Origin: Microthyrium microscopicum
Taxonomy: Eukaryota
Length of the DNA stretch: 64,000 bases
Assembly (NCBI GenBank): GCA_010405405.1
Contig: MU004236.1
Coordinates: 1,122,070-1,186,069 of the forward strand
Reading direction: 5' to 3'
Position numbers and translations under genes: made by a program. Below, one piece after another: positions 36,428-49,026 of the stretch. Below the pieces are notes generated by a model. The model was not told the origin of the DNA. It saw only the letters and a list, made by a program, of their open reading frames with translations, and searched no databases. Position 1 is the stretch's first letter. Each line of letters begins with the position of its first letter.

Positions 36428-37438
36428 TCATGACATAAATGACCCCATAGCAATACCAATACCCACAAATACCACAAACCACTCCATCCTTCCCCATTCC
36501 AAACACGGCCACATCAACCCCTTCCCCTCCACCACATCCCCAAACCGCTCCCTATAAACCCTCCTCGTCTCCCTGACACTAACCCCCAAATTAATAACCA
36601 CAAAGCCCAGCATCGAAGCAACCGTCCAATCCCATCCTCCGCCTGATAATCTCATCCCCAACAAACACACATAAATCCCCACCTCACAGCCATAATGCGG
36701 CGCCAACGCTTTACTAAATGCACCACCGTTCGGCAATATATAGTCCGGTCCACGCGGTAAACTTGCTAGATATACGTGCTGTTTATGCTGTGCTATCGAG
36801 AACGCTAGCAACGCTAGTGCAAACGGGAGTATATAGAGCAGGTCCGCGGAAGGCGCTGGATCTGCGATGAGTGCAATGGGCGCGAGGGTATAGTGCAGAA
36901 GTCCCATTACGTAGTGTCCGATCCACATGCGGGAGGTGGAGGGGCGGGTTAGTGTGATACTTTCGTAGAGGCGGCGGAGGACGTGGAGGAGGAAGATGCC
37001 TAATGGTGCTAAGGACAGTTGATGATGGGGGAGGTTGAGAGCGGGAAGCAGGGGGCCTGTGGTGATGGATTGGTGGAGGGTGAGGGTGGTGGTGATGGTG
37101 GCGAGGATGTAGAAATGCGTGAACCAGGCGTGGGGAACGGTAATTGCTTTGAGGGTGTCGAGAAGTTGTATGATGAGGGATGGCTGGGGAGTGGTGGTGT
37201 TGGTGGTGGTTGGTGCCTTTTGGGGGGTGTTGCGGACTCCGTAGCGTAGGAAGCGGTCTCTGAGTATGGGGGTTTTGTAGAGAGCGATTATCTGATGCGC
37301 TTGTTAGGATGGATGTAGTTCGCGGGATTTTTGACTTACGAATACTGATATGCTGGTGTATAAAAAGATTATGAGATGATTGGGATGGATATCTAGAAGT
37401 CCTTTGAAGACGTCCGGATCGATTTTGATAGCACTCAT
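36428..37438 (-). CDS. DFG10: Polyprenal/polyprenol reductase (Dfg10/SRD5A3-like, steroid 5-alpha-reductase family); one intron
   Basis: RFLRYG, VPHAWFTHFY, HVLRRLYES, MWIGHYVMGL, QHKQHVYLASL and APHYGCE motifs read on the minus strand. Confidence 0.8.
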
Positions 37439-39342
37439 GATTGTGCTGAGCTACTGCGGCCTTGTCAACACATTGCTACTGATGGATCATCGTTTTGTCT
37501 TATATAGATCTATCAAATCAAGCACTGCCACAAGGTTGTGATGAATTTGAAGGTTTGTAGAATGTGTTTAAATCGAGGCTCGTTGGCAGTTCTCGAAGGA
37601 CGTTATGGCGATGGTCCAAGCTGAATCACCACATTCATCACCCATATTCGGCTTTGTTTTCATTTTTCAACATTAATTCTAACAACTTAATATTTGCACT
37701 TTATTATGCGATTGATCCTGGCTCATATTTCTTGTATAATTTGACTATTGGAAAGTTTCCTGGGTATCATGCCAAGCAGCACAGAAAATCGATTATCTTA
37801 CAGATCGAGAATCTTACGTCTTTCCAAAAGAAATCCTACAAGTCTACCTACTCATGATATTAACGTGAACGCCAGATATGAACGCATTGACGGTTTCAAT
37901 TTCCCCGGTCCAGCCTTGCAAGCTGAAATCGGGGATATCCACGATCCAGAAACGGCATGTCCGCAATTTGGGTCTTACTTGACACTGTTGACAGCAGAGA
38001 TAACCACAGTCTTACCGGCTAGAATAGTGGGTTTGAGTATGTATTTCTAGACATTCAGTATCGATTGGTCGATATAAGGACGGCCCCATTTTATCTTTTG
38101 AAGCATTCAATCAGCATACAAACATGACTGATGAAGGACATTGGCCTTTAGAGAATCCGACGAATCGCATGGACATGAGGCTCAAAAAGTAGAGGCGCCT
38201 TTTCCGCCCCTGCAGCCAATAGAAGTAACACTATTATTTAAGCGCGCCAACTAGGGACTGTCATTCAATGGTTTGGAAGTTGACGCGTCTGTTTGATGCT
38301 GAGATTCAATCTTAAATGGCGTTTGATGACGGCTTTGAACTTGGCTAAAATTAAATCTAGAATTCGAATGATCGTTCGCCATTTCCCTTTCTGCTTGAAA
38401 TGCGAAGTGTGTGAATTGTTCGTGAAGGAAAACGGGTACATTGCTTCAAAGAACTCCGTAGAGAGAGACAAATCTTCATTTCCTTCATTTTGTATCACTG
38501 TGACCAGACTCATTTGAAAATACTCTAGTTTAATCGAAGCAAGGCACACAATTTCAATGACACAAAGCATTCGGATATCAAGATTCAACTCAGTCGGGTC
38601 TTCATCCCTTTAACGCGAAGCGCCTTGGTATAAAGCCATGGGCGCCACCAGATGACAGCCAGCCAATTGACTAGCATGCTCAAAGCGCGCGAACTTGTTC
38701 ACCGTGCTCTTTCAGGGGATTTTATTGTAGCACGGTAATGTCTCAGATAATAGAGCATCGGCGTATCGATTAGGTCCACGAGGATATGAGCAAGTGGTTG
38801 GAGGACAGACAAGTCAAGATGATTGAGAAATGCAGGTCGCGCAGCCTTACGGGAATGGAATGCCGTTTGTGCGACGCTTACGCAGAAGAACAACGGCGGT
38901 TTAATTTGCAACAGAATATGCACGTAACGCAAAGAGAAGAAAGCTGCTCGCCTGTGGCTATCGTCTTTAATCCCTGCTTTCCGGTCTCCCCTGAGCTCGC
39001 ATGCCGGTGCGCGGCTGGGGCTAATCGTATCTAAATAGTTGATTGAATATTCTCCCACTTATATTCCTCTTCATCTACGCTTCCGTAATCTTTCAAAGCT
39101 TCTCGTTCTTTCAATTTTTTCAGTACTGTACCGTCTTTAATTATAATTTGCTTCTGTCACTCATTTCGCATGCTATCACACTTTTAATCAACAACTCTTG
39201 TGTTGTCCAGTCGTTCTTTCATCCCTTTCCTTGTTCGACCTCCTATAGATTCACTGGAAGACACGCGTCTGCCTCTCGGTTCGTTCACGACTTTATAATC
39301 AACAATCTCATTCACAGCTCTGGAAGCACCACCGACCTTTAA

Positions 39343-41239
39343 ATGCCGACCACGATTCTAGAAATCCAGCCGCCCACGCCAGCCTTTCGCGATCTACCTT
39401 CATTAGTTTCCACTCCTTCATCCGATGACCGACCTATGTTGCCCTCGATTGGACTTGACATCTCCCGCCCTCCTTCTACTTCCTCAGTGGCATCGAGCCA
39501 ATACATTTCAAGGCGGCCGAGTCCTTCTCTCCAATTACCTGGTTTGAGCCAGCTTTCAGCACTAGCATCAGTAGCAGCATCATCGCGAGCTTCGCCTGAG
39601 ATCGTGGGGTTGGCTCCTAATAACGGCTATGGGTATGTAGCATTGATCATTGCTTTCTTTCATGAAAACCTTGTGTGCGCCCATCGAATTCTCCATCTCT
39701 CGTCCAACCCATATTCCCACCATGTTCCTTCGTGCTCCTCATGAACAATCAATCGACAGTATGGGCTCACAGCTTCGATCAAAGCTGTGGATCGCGAATC
39801 GCAACCGTCCAGAGTTTATACGTGCGATGGGATTGGATATGGGTTGGATATGAATTGGGATTCTTTGATTGAACCCATCAGAGCACAGATGCAAATGCAT
39901 TTGATGTTCAGCACTGGCCCCTGTCAAAGCAACATGAAGATCCTTGTCACCACGAGGCATCAAGGCAGGTACGCCATGTGGTCAGGCACCTCAAACCACA
40001 GCTTTGACTGCACCATACCAGCTTCAGAATTTATTTCCCAACTCTACATGGACTAATCGTATTCACAGCTCATATCGCTCCACTTTCCCACACCTAGTAA
40101 TGAATAATACTGCAACACCAACAGCCACGATAGGACCTGGAGGCTCTGCGGTACGTTCAACTGTCTCCCAGCTTGAAGCCGGGTTTGCCGAAACGGTCCC
40201 GATCGATAACGACTTCTACTCAACTGGATGGAAAGTCTGTGCTGAAAAGCAACACTTCTCACTTCCATTGGAAGACTCATCGGATGAGATTCAACGTCTT
40301 AAGTGTACTATTAGCTGACACATGCACATAGCCTCTCTGCAAGAATTGCGGGACAACTACGACTCCACTATGGCGCCGCGATGATAATGGAACCGTCCTA
40401 TGCAATGCATGTGGATTGTTTCTAAAGCTTCATGGAAAATCACGACCGATCAGCTTAAAGACGAACGTCATCAAGTCGAGGAACAGAGTACGCACATCGA
40501 CCGGAGCCGGTGGTCGCAAAAAGGTACGTCTGCGCTTCCTACACCACGATGGCGGTTTACTAACAACTTTTAGCAAGCTGCACAAGATCTAGTCGCGCTA
40601 TCAGGCCAGTCCTCAACAGACCCTCAGATCAACGCTGCCGTTGATGCCGCCAGACGAGCTTCCGCTTCCGTGCACGCATCCATAGACGTTGGTCAGCGAT
40701 CACAATCTCCAATTTCGAGACATCCGACCCCAGGACTCCAGAACGGATTACCATCTAATATCGCGCCACAATCAATGTTTGATAGCGTTAATGTCGAATC
40801 TCAACATCAGTACTTCACCCCATCCATACAAGCTCCGTCGTTGCGCGCGCCGTCTCCGCGGTCAGATCATGAGGCAGACCAGACAAAGTCAGATGCTCAA
40901 TCACCGTACGAAGCGCTGCATAAGCAAGCGACGGCACTGCACACTCGAGTGCGCGAGCTAGACGTAATCAACGGTCTATATCGAAGTCGCGTACAAGAAC
41001 TGGAAAATTCATTACAGGATTCCCGAGGAAAAGAGCAAGCAGCAGTGGAGGCCACGAACGCTGTTCGTACCGAATTAGACGCCGCTGCCCTGCGCGAGGG
41101 TGAATTGAAACGGCGGCTCGAAGAACTGGAGAACGAGTTGGCAGAGTCTAGGGAAGGGCCACGCGCGAAGAAGCTCCGGTTGTCGGATTTTGTCGATGAC
41201 AGAAGTCAAACATCTACATCTACATCGACCTCAGCCTGA
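39343..41239 (+). CDS. areB: GATA zinc-finger + leucine-zipper transcription factor, AreB/Asd-4 type; exons 39343-39632, 40069-40150, 40332-40523, 40574-41239
   Basis: Spliced finger [51 protein letters not shown]-terminal zipper [23 protein letters not shown]; exon phases are consistent. Confidence 0.9.
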
Positions 41240-41776
41240 ACGGAAAATCAGCATAGTAATGGATTTAAGGTATCAGCCTGGATGCTTATGGGTATTGCAT
41301 GGTAGGGTAGGATTTAAAAAGCATATGGTTCGCTGAGCCACATGGAGCAATTGGGACTGGAATGGGAATGTAATATGAAGGGCACAGGTTAATGCTCCAT
41401 GACCGTGTTTGAGTAGTATTAGCTGACTAGGTAGAGTACCGACAGCCATAGAAGAACAGCGATTAAACGATCAAGAGCTTTCAACGCAATTTGCTGCGAA
41501 TGTATTGCACGAAAATCATTTACATCAGCTTACTAGTAATTTTGTATGTCCCCTGTCTTATAAATCGCAAGCCTGGTTACTGGTATGACCCCAAGAGTTC
41601 CCTGGTTGTAATTTACAAGACAGGGTGTGAGATGGACACAAAACTCGTCAGCCTTATCGACTGCATATCAAGATATAACTGCCTGGTCAGCTTGCCGATT
41701 AGTTGCCGCTGTGATTTTAGCTTTAGATATACCCCACAAAAATGTGGAGAATATCAAACGAGGGATCTTGGCAATC

Positions 41777-42071
41777 TGACAGAAGGTTCGTTCCAAACCC
41801 TGGATCTGCGCTAGTCCTGATCTAGGATTAGGAAGTAGAAACACTAAAATTTGGCCTCTATTGGCTATTATATCTTTTTGCCTTTTCTACCCCTTTCTAT
41901 ATATTACTTTTGCTTCTATTATAGCCTAAATTCTAGGCTCTAAGAAGATATATTTTATGTCTTTAATAGGGTATAAATATTATAGTTATTATAGTAGTTA
42001 GTTAATTAGATTTTTTAATATTTCTTTTACTAATTCTATATTTCTTAAGCTATATAGACTATATTTTGTTA
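41777..42071 (+). repeat. 5' LTR (295 bp)
   Basis: Aligns colinearly with 48732-49026; the differences I checked are C/T or G/A transitions. Confidence 0.93.
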
Positions 42072-45000
42072 GTTATAAGCCTAGTATTTTAATATATCTT
42101 TATTATTTTATTATTCTATATATAAATCTTTTATAAACTATATTATTATAATCTTCTAAATTCTAGCTATTACTATATACTAATTTTAGTATTAAAACTT
42201 ATCTATTAGGTTATAGATTAATTTATAATATTACTTCTAAACTTATAATTATTACTAAAGCTAGAACTACTTTCTAGAGCTACTACTCTTTTAGATTAGA
42301 GTTAGAAAGTACTTTATTTTATCTATTCTCTTTTATAGTAACTTATATTTTTCTCTATTACTTTACTATTTATAATACTTATTTAAATTATTAGGAAGTA
42401 ATAAGAGAACCTTACTACGTTATTTAATAGTAAAAAAGAGTAAGAAATTAGTAGATTAAATTAGGAAATTACTTAAAGAAGTAATTCTATAAACCTTAGA
42501 AGTATAAATATCTTTTTATTCTTTTCTTTTTTCTTCTTCTTTTTTTCTTCTTTATTACGTACTTTAAGCTTTACGCCTTTATTAGTACTTTTTCTACTAT
42601 ATTTAGCGTTTATATAATCTTTACTATTAAGTTCTTAGTATATTCTTAATCTTAATAATTCTTTAAAAGCTATTACTTTCTTAAATTCTTAGTATACTAA
42701 TAGCCTTAGTATTAGTAGTATTAAAATATATTAATAACCTTAGTATTTATAGAGGTAAAGTATAAATAATACTTTTTACTACTTTTAGTTACTATCTAGT
42801 CCTTTAGTCTTTAATAGTTTTTTTACTACTATTACTTCTTTAACTTTAAGGACTTAACTATTAGTAGTCTTTACTTTTAAGGACTTAACTTTTTTACTAC
42901 TTTAGTATGCTAATAGCTTTAGTATTAGTAGTACTAAATAATATCTTTTAACTCCTTAATAATAACTATATTATTATACTTACTACTTTCTTTCTTATAG
43001 ACTTAAGCTACTAAGTAGGTCTCTTAGAGAAACTTGCTATTAGTATTATATAAACTACTACTATTATTTCTTAACTTTAAAAACTTAACTTCTTTATTAC
43101 CTTAGCTATAGTAATACTAAAATCTATATTACTTTTAAGTACGTTCTAAATTCTTATAGAATATTATTAGTAATCTTACTACTACTAACCTAACCTTAGT
43201 ACTTTAGTCTAGGCTTAGTACGCTATAACTAGAAGATATATTTAATAAAGATATATAAGTATCTAATTATTTTATATTTTATTTCTAAAGTAAAAAGATA
43301 TAATACTAGGCCTAAACTACCTAAAGAAGAAATCTTAGAGGCCTAAAAGGTATAAATATCTTTCTTTCCTTACTTGTCTCCTCCTTTTCTTCTTCTTCTT
43401 CTATACTAAGGTAGTATTTCTTAAATAAAGGTATAGAGATACTAAGGTAGTATTTTTTAAATAGAGTAATAACTTGCTTAAAGTACTTATTATAAGCTTA
43501 TATACGCTTCCTCTAAATAGACTTAATATAAATTATCTAAATAGGTAATCTATTAATCTCTAAGAATATAAAATACTTTTTTCCTCTTTTTCTCTATCTC
43601 TTCTTCTTTTTCTTTTATATACTAAAATAGTTCCTCTAAATTAGAGGTATTTTTAAAATAGCCTATTAAGTTAAAGGAATAAGCTATAATAACTTAATAT
43701 AGTAGTAGTATTTCTACTTCTTAATTAGAGTAGTATTAGAGATATTAGTCCTTATAGAAAGCTAAATATTATTTCTAAGTATACTATATAGAAGCTTATA
43801 GAAGGATTACTTATAATAGTAACTACTAGTAATTTCCTTATAGTAATTATATTAAAGAATAGTAATAACTAGTATACTTAGATTAACTCTATAAAATAGT
43901 AGGTATATACTCTAAATATATAGGATTATATTAATCTAGAAAGAACTAGTTCTTTTCTAAAAGAACTAGTATACTTATCTAAAATATGCTTAGTAGAACC
44001 TATTATTTCTTAAGTATCTATAAAGAATAATAAAGATTAATTTACTTAAATAGTAGAGTTAATTCTTACTTAAGAATATAATATCTTATTATAGATATAT
44101 AATTTAGATTACTAAAAGTACTAAGATACTAAAAACGCTATAGTTAAGATTAATAACTTCTTAAATAAAATAGTATCTAAAAGTTTCTAGAACTACGTTA
44201 CTAATATCTTTAAGGCTTAAGATATACTTTAGATATTTTAGAAAGATATTTATTCTTTTTAAACTAGTATAATCTTAAAGCTAAATAAAGAATTTAATAC
44301 TCTAAGAAAGAGATATAAATAATAAAAACTATAACTCTAGCTAACTTACTAGATATCTCTTTAAAGAGAAAGTTCTCTTTATAATAAGGATAGAATCTTT
44401 AAGAAATAGCTTATAGATATCTTTATAGATACTATTTAAGCTCTTTACTTTAGTACTTAGATATAGTTTACTTATTATTATATAAAAGATAAATAATTTA
44501 CTTTTTTAGAGTATATTAAGAAGTATTAAACTATTTATAGTAAAGAAACTATACTAGTATTATAATCTAGTATTACTTTTATTATTACTCTTAATAGAAA
44601 GACTTAAGAAGAGATATCTTAACCTAAGAAGACTTTCTTAAATATAAACGCTTATTAACTTTTCTTAACGTCTAAATTATAAAGTTCTTAGAAAAATAAA
44701 AAGATAGTTTCTTCTTATCTTTATAATAAGATAAAATACTATAATAATTATTTCTATCTTTAACTTAATAAATATTTAAATAGATAGTATCCTAACTTTA
44801 AAGTAGAAGTAAAAATTAAGAAAAGCTTTAAGAATCCTTAGCTTAAAGTAAGAGTTAATTATATCTTTAAAATAAGTTAAGATTAAGAGCGTAGTAATAA
44901 TAACTAACTACCTAAACTAATTAAATATATAGGTATTAAAATAGTAGTTATAAAAGTCGTAATATTTATAGTAGTTAAGATATCTCTTAATAGAAGATTT

Positions 45001-48000
45001 ATTCTTAATTCTAGAGTAGATATATATATTTATAATAATAGATTCTACTTTAAGATATATAAGAGTATTCTTAGTTTTTTAATCTATAGTAGAGTCTCTT
45101 TATAGATTATAGGATATAGTAATATAGATATTATTATTTTAGGCCCTAAAGGATACTAAATAGTTACTTTTTATAATATTACTTATATACTTAGCTTTTA
45201 TAAGAATCTAGCTTCTTATTATAGGATAAAAGCTATAGGATATTACTAGAATAATAAAATAGGCTAGATTAGGTACGTTAAAATAAGAAAGCTTCTAGCT
45301 AAGATTATCTCCTTTAACGTTTACTTCTTCTTTAAGAATAATTCTTACTATATTTTTCCTATAATATTATTACTTCCTTATACTTCTATAGCTTCTATAT
45401 CTAAATAGTACTAATAGATAAGTTATATTAATAAAGCTATAGTATCTTATATAAAATACGCTACTAAAGGCGTAAAAATTACTTTAAATATTATCTCTTT
45501 TAGAAATACTAAAAATAATAACTACTTCTATAAAATTTATATTAAAATAAAGTAGAAGAAATAGATCTCTTATTAACTAATAGATTTAGGCTTAAAGCTT
45601 TTTAAGAAACTTTATATTAATCTAATTTAGGTTAAGAAAGACTATAATAATAATTACTAAATTATTTATACTTACTATATCGTTATAAAGTTCTATCTAT
45701 TAGAAATACTTCCTTAAAAGATATAAGAGAATTATATTTAATTTTTACGCTATATACTTACTATTATTAAGAATATAGGTTATAAAGTAAGTAATATTAA
45801 ATATAAGGTCCTTTAAATCTATAGAGATTATAAAGCTATAATAAGTAAGAAGTAAGATAATAAGATTTAGCTAAATAGTATTATTAAAGAACTATTTATA
45901 CTCTATACTACTTTATAAAATAGTTTTATAAAAGTATTAAGATAAATCCTAATATCTATTATAAGAGTACTAAAATAATATAGTAGCCTTCTAAATACGT
46001 TATAGCCTAAACTTACTTACTTAGTAGTATATCTACTTAATAGGATTCTAAAGAAGTAGCTAAACTAAAGAATATTCTTTAAGATAGTATTTAAATAAGT
46101 ACTAGATCTCTTATTAGTCTAAATTATTAGCTTAAAAGCCTATATTTATAATCCTAATATTCTAAAGCTTAAGAAGCTTTAATCTTACTTAATTAAAGAC
46201 TAGCTAATAGGTTATACTAGAAGTAATATCTTTAGGATTTAGATTCTTTTAAATAATTATATTATTAAAGTATAAGATATTATAATTAATAAAACTATTA
46301 AATTTAATACTACTATACTTACTATAATTAATAACTAATCTACTAATATACTTCTAGACATACTACTCTCTTATTTTAAAATAGACGTTAGTAGTAGTAT
46401 ATTTAACTTATAAGAAGCTAAATAATAGCTTAATTAAAATTAGAAAGTATAGAATAATTAATAGTAAGAATAAGATAGCTATTAGACTTCTAAAAACGAT
46501 TCTAATTAACCTATATTTAATAACTAGCTAATAACGCCTAATCTTATACTATTACTATTATCTTAGCCTTCTTTATAATATCTAATATCCTCTATAAGTC
46601 TATTACCTACTTAAGATTATACTAAATTAAGAGAGAATACTCTAGAAGATTCTACTTCTATAATTCTATTAGTACTACTATTAACTACCTTAATAGCTTG
46701 CTTAAAATAGTAGTATATTACTAAGTATAAATAAGAAATCTAAGCCTTCTAAAATATCTCTATATACGCTATAAGAAGTAGTTATATTCTATAATCCTTA
46801 AGGACTATTAATCTAGTACTCTATAAATTTTACCTCTTTACTTTATTATATTATACGTTCTTTATAGCTTTAGTTTAATACTACTATAAAAAAGATATAC
46901 TAGAATTATTAAAAATATAGTCTAAAATAATAAAATGTCCTAATTAAGACTAGTATCTTTTAGCTACTAGAATTAAAATTAAAATACTTTAAAAATAAAG
47001 TATATTTAAAGAGGTCTATACCTTTTAAACTAATAAGCTTATTTTACTCTTAAAGTAAGTATTCTTAGAGAAGTATAATTTAAATAGCTTTTTTTTTAAA
47101 TATAAAGCTAGAATCTATATAAGAGGAGATTTATAGCATTAAAATCTAGAATTAAAGATTTATACTACTACTAAAGCTTATTATATATTATATATAATTC
47201 TTATACTAATAGCTATATTTAATCTAGATCTTTACTAATTTAATGCTATAAATACCTTTCTAAATACTATTCTAGATAAAATAGTTCTAGTTTAATACCC
47301 TAAAGGCTTTAATATCTTTAGAAAGGTTTTACTACTTTATTACGCCCTTTATAGACTACTAAGATTTTTATTACTATAGTATTAGAATATAAAAGCTATT
47401 TTTTATATAATAAAGTTTAAACCTATTTTAGAAGACTTTTACCTCTTTAAATATATTTAGTATCTTATCTTTTTCTTTTATTATATTAATAACTTCCTTC
47501 TTTTCTTACTAAAAGTATATTAAGTAGAAGTAGATAAGATAAAATATAAACTTAGTATATACTACGTTATAAAGAATTTAGGTATCTTAAAAAGCTTTTT
47601 TAATATTTAAATACTTTAAGATTAAGCTAATTAAAAGCTCTAGATCTTATAGGACTAATATATTAATAAAATTAGTGCTAAATTCTAGCTTAATATTATA
47701 AAGAAGACTAAATACGTTATTCTTATCTTAAATCTTATTAAACTTATTCTAAATAAAGAATAAGTATTTAAAGATTAGATTTACGCCTTCTAAATACGTT
47801 ATAGCTTTATAATCTACTCTATAATAGTATATAGGCTAGATATTTATTATATAGCTTTTTATTTAAGCTATTTTAACTAGAATCCTTTTAAGCTTTACTA
47901 CTATAAGATTAAGAGAACTATTCTATATCTTTAAGTAATAAAATACTTTATACTTAAGTATTATAGAATTGCTAAAGTACTTATTACTAGTAAAAAAGTA

Positions 48001-48731
48001 TTTTTTATAGCTTATAATACTATATTTATAAATAATTAGGAGACTTAAAGATTAACCTAAGGCTTTTTATTTAACCTATTTAGAGGACTTATTAGCTAGT
48101 AATCTTTATATTAGAAGATAGTCTTAATATCTATAATAGAAATAGAATTTTTATTTTTCTTAAATGCCTTAAAAGAGCTAATCTTAATTTAACGTCTCTT
48201 TTTATAGCTTAAGTTTAATCCTAATATTAAAATACTAATATTAAATAATAATACCTAAATAGTAGATATTATAATAAAGTAGGCTTAGCTTTTATCTTCT
48301 AAATTAAAATATATTAATATATATTAGTTTTAGCTTTATTAAGAAGTTATAAAAGGCTATATTTTTATTAAATAGGTTCCTATAGGCAAGATATTAGTAG
48401 ATAGTTTAATAAAAGCTCTTTCTCTATAAGAATATAAGAAGTTTAGAAAGATACTAAATTTAGTAAATATAAAGTACTTAATACTAGCTTAGGAAGATTT
48501 TTCTTAAAATATTATAAATATTCTTATTACTATTATAAATTACTAAATCTTCTATATTTTTATATAAGCTAGATTTTCTACGCTAAGGCTACTTAATAAT
48601 ATCTTTTATTTCTTATTTTAACTAGTTTTAATATTTTAGTAGCTTAGTCTTAGAAAACTTAAAAATTAATATTCTTTTATACTTAATACTAAGTATATCT
48701 TAAGATTTATAAGTTAAAAACTTAAGGGGTA

Positions 48732-49026
48732 TAATAAAAGATTTATTCTAAACCTTAAATCTATGCTAGTCTTAATTTAGGATTAGGAAGTAGAAATACT
48801 AAAATTTAGCCTCTATTAGCTATTATATTTTTTTGCTTTTTCTACCTCTTTCTATATATTATTTTTATTTCTATTATAGCCTAAATTCTAGGCTCTAAGA
48901 AGATACGTTTTATATCTTTAATAGGGTATAAATACCGTAGTTATTATAGTAGTTAGTTAATTAGATTCTTTAATGTTCCCTTCACTGATTCTGCATTCCC
49001 TGAGCTGCACGGACCGTATTCCGTCA
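48732..49026 (+). repeat. 3' LTR (295 bp), preceded by polypurine-tract remnant AAGGGGTA
   Basis: Direct repeat of 41777-42071; ends ...TTCCGTCA, a 7/8 inverted match to the TGACAGAA start. Confidence 0.93.

Larger units (their letters stand above)
41777..49026 (+). mobile_element. Full-length Ty1/copia LTR retrotransposon, inactivated by RIP
   Basis: TG...CA ends with CAATC TSD at 41772-41776 and 49027-49031; two 295-bp LTRs. Reversing C>T and G>A changes recovers motifs in copia order: gag (~43816, WDYID-like), protease FILDSGAD (~44998), WHRRMGH (~45406), integrase core (~45600), RT YKARICVRG (~47101), QFDAVNAFL, ALYGL, YIDD (~47480) and RNase H KHIDI / ADGLTK (~48307-48420). Confidence 0.93.

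Noticed and set aside
41820..48970. AT-rich ORF-free block read as a centromere, numt or contaminant
   Set aside because: LTRs, a TSD and degenerate gag-pol motifs explain the whole block as one RIP-mutated copia element.
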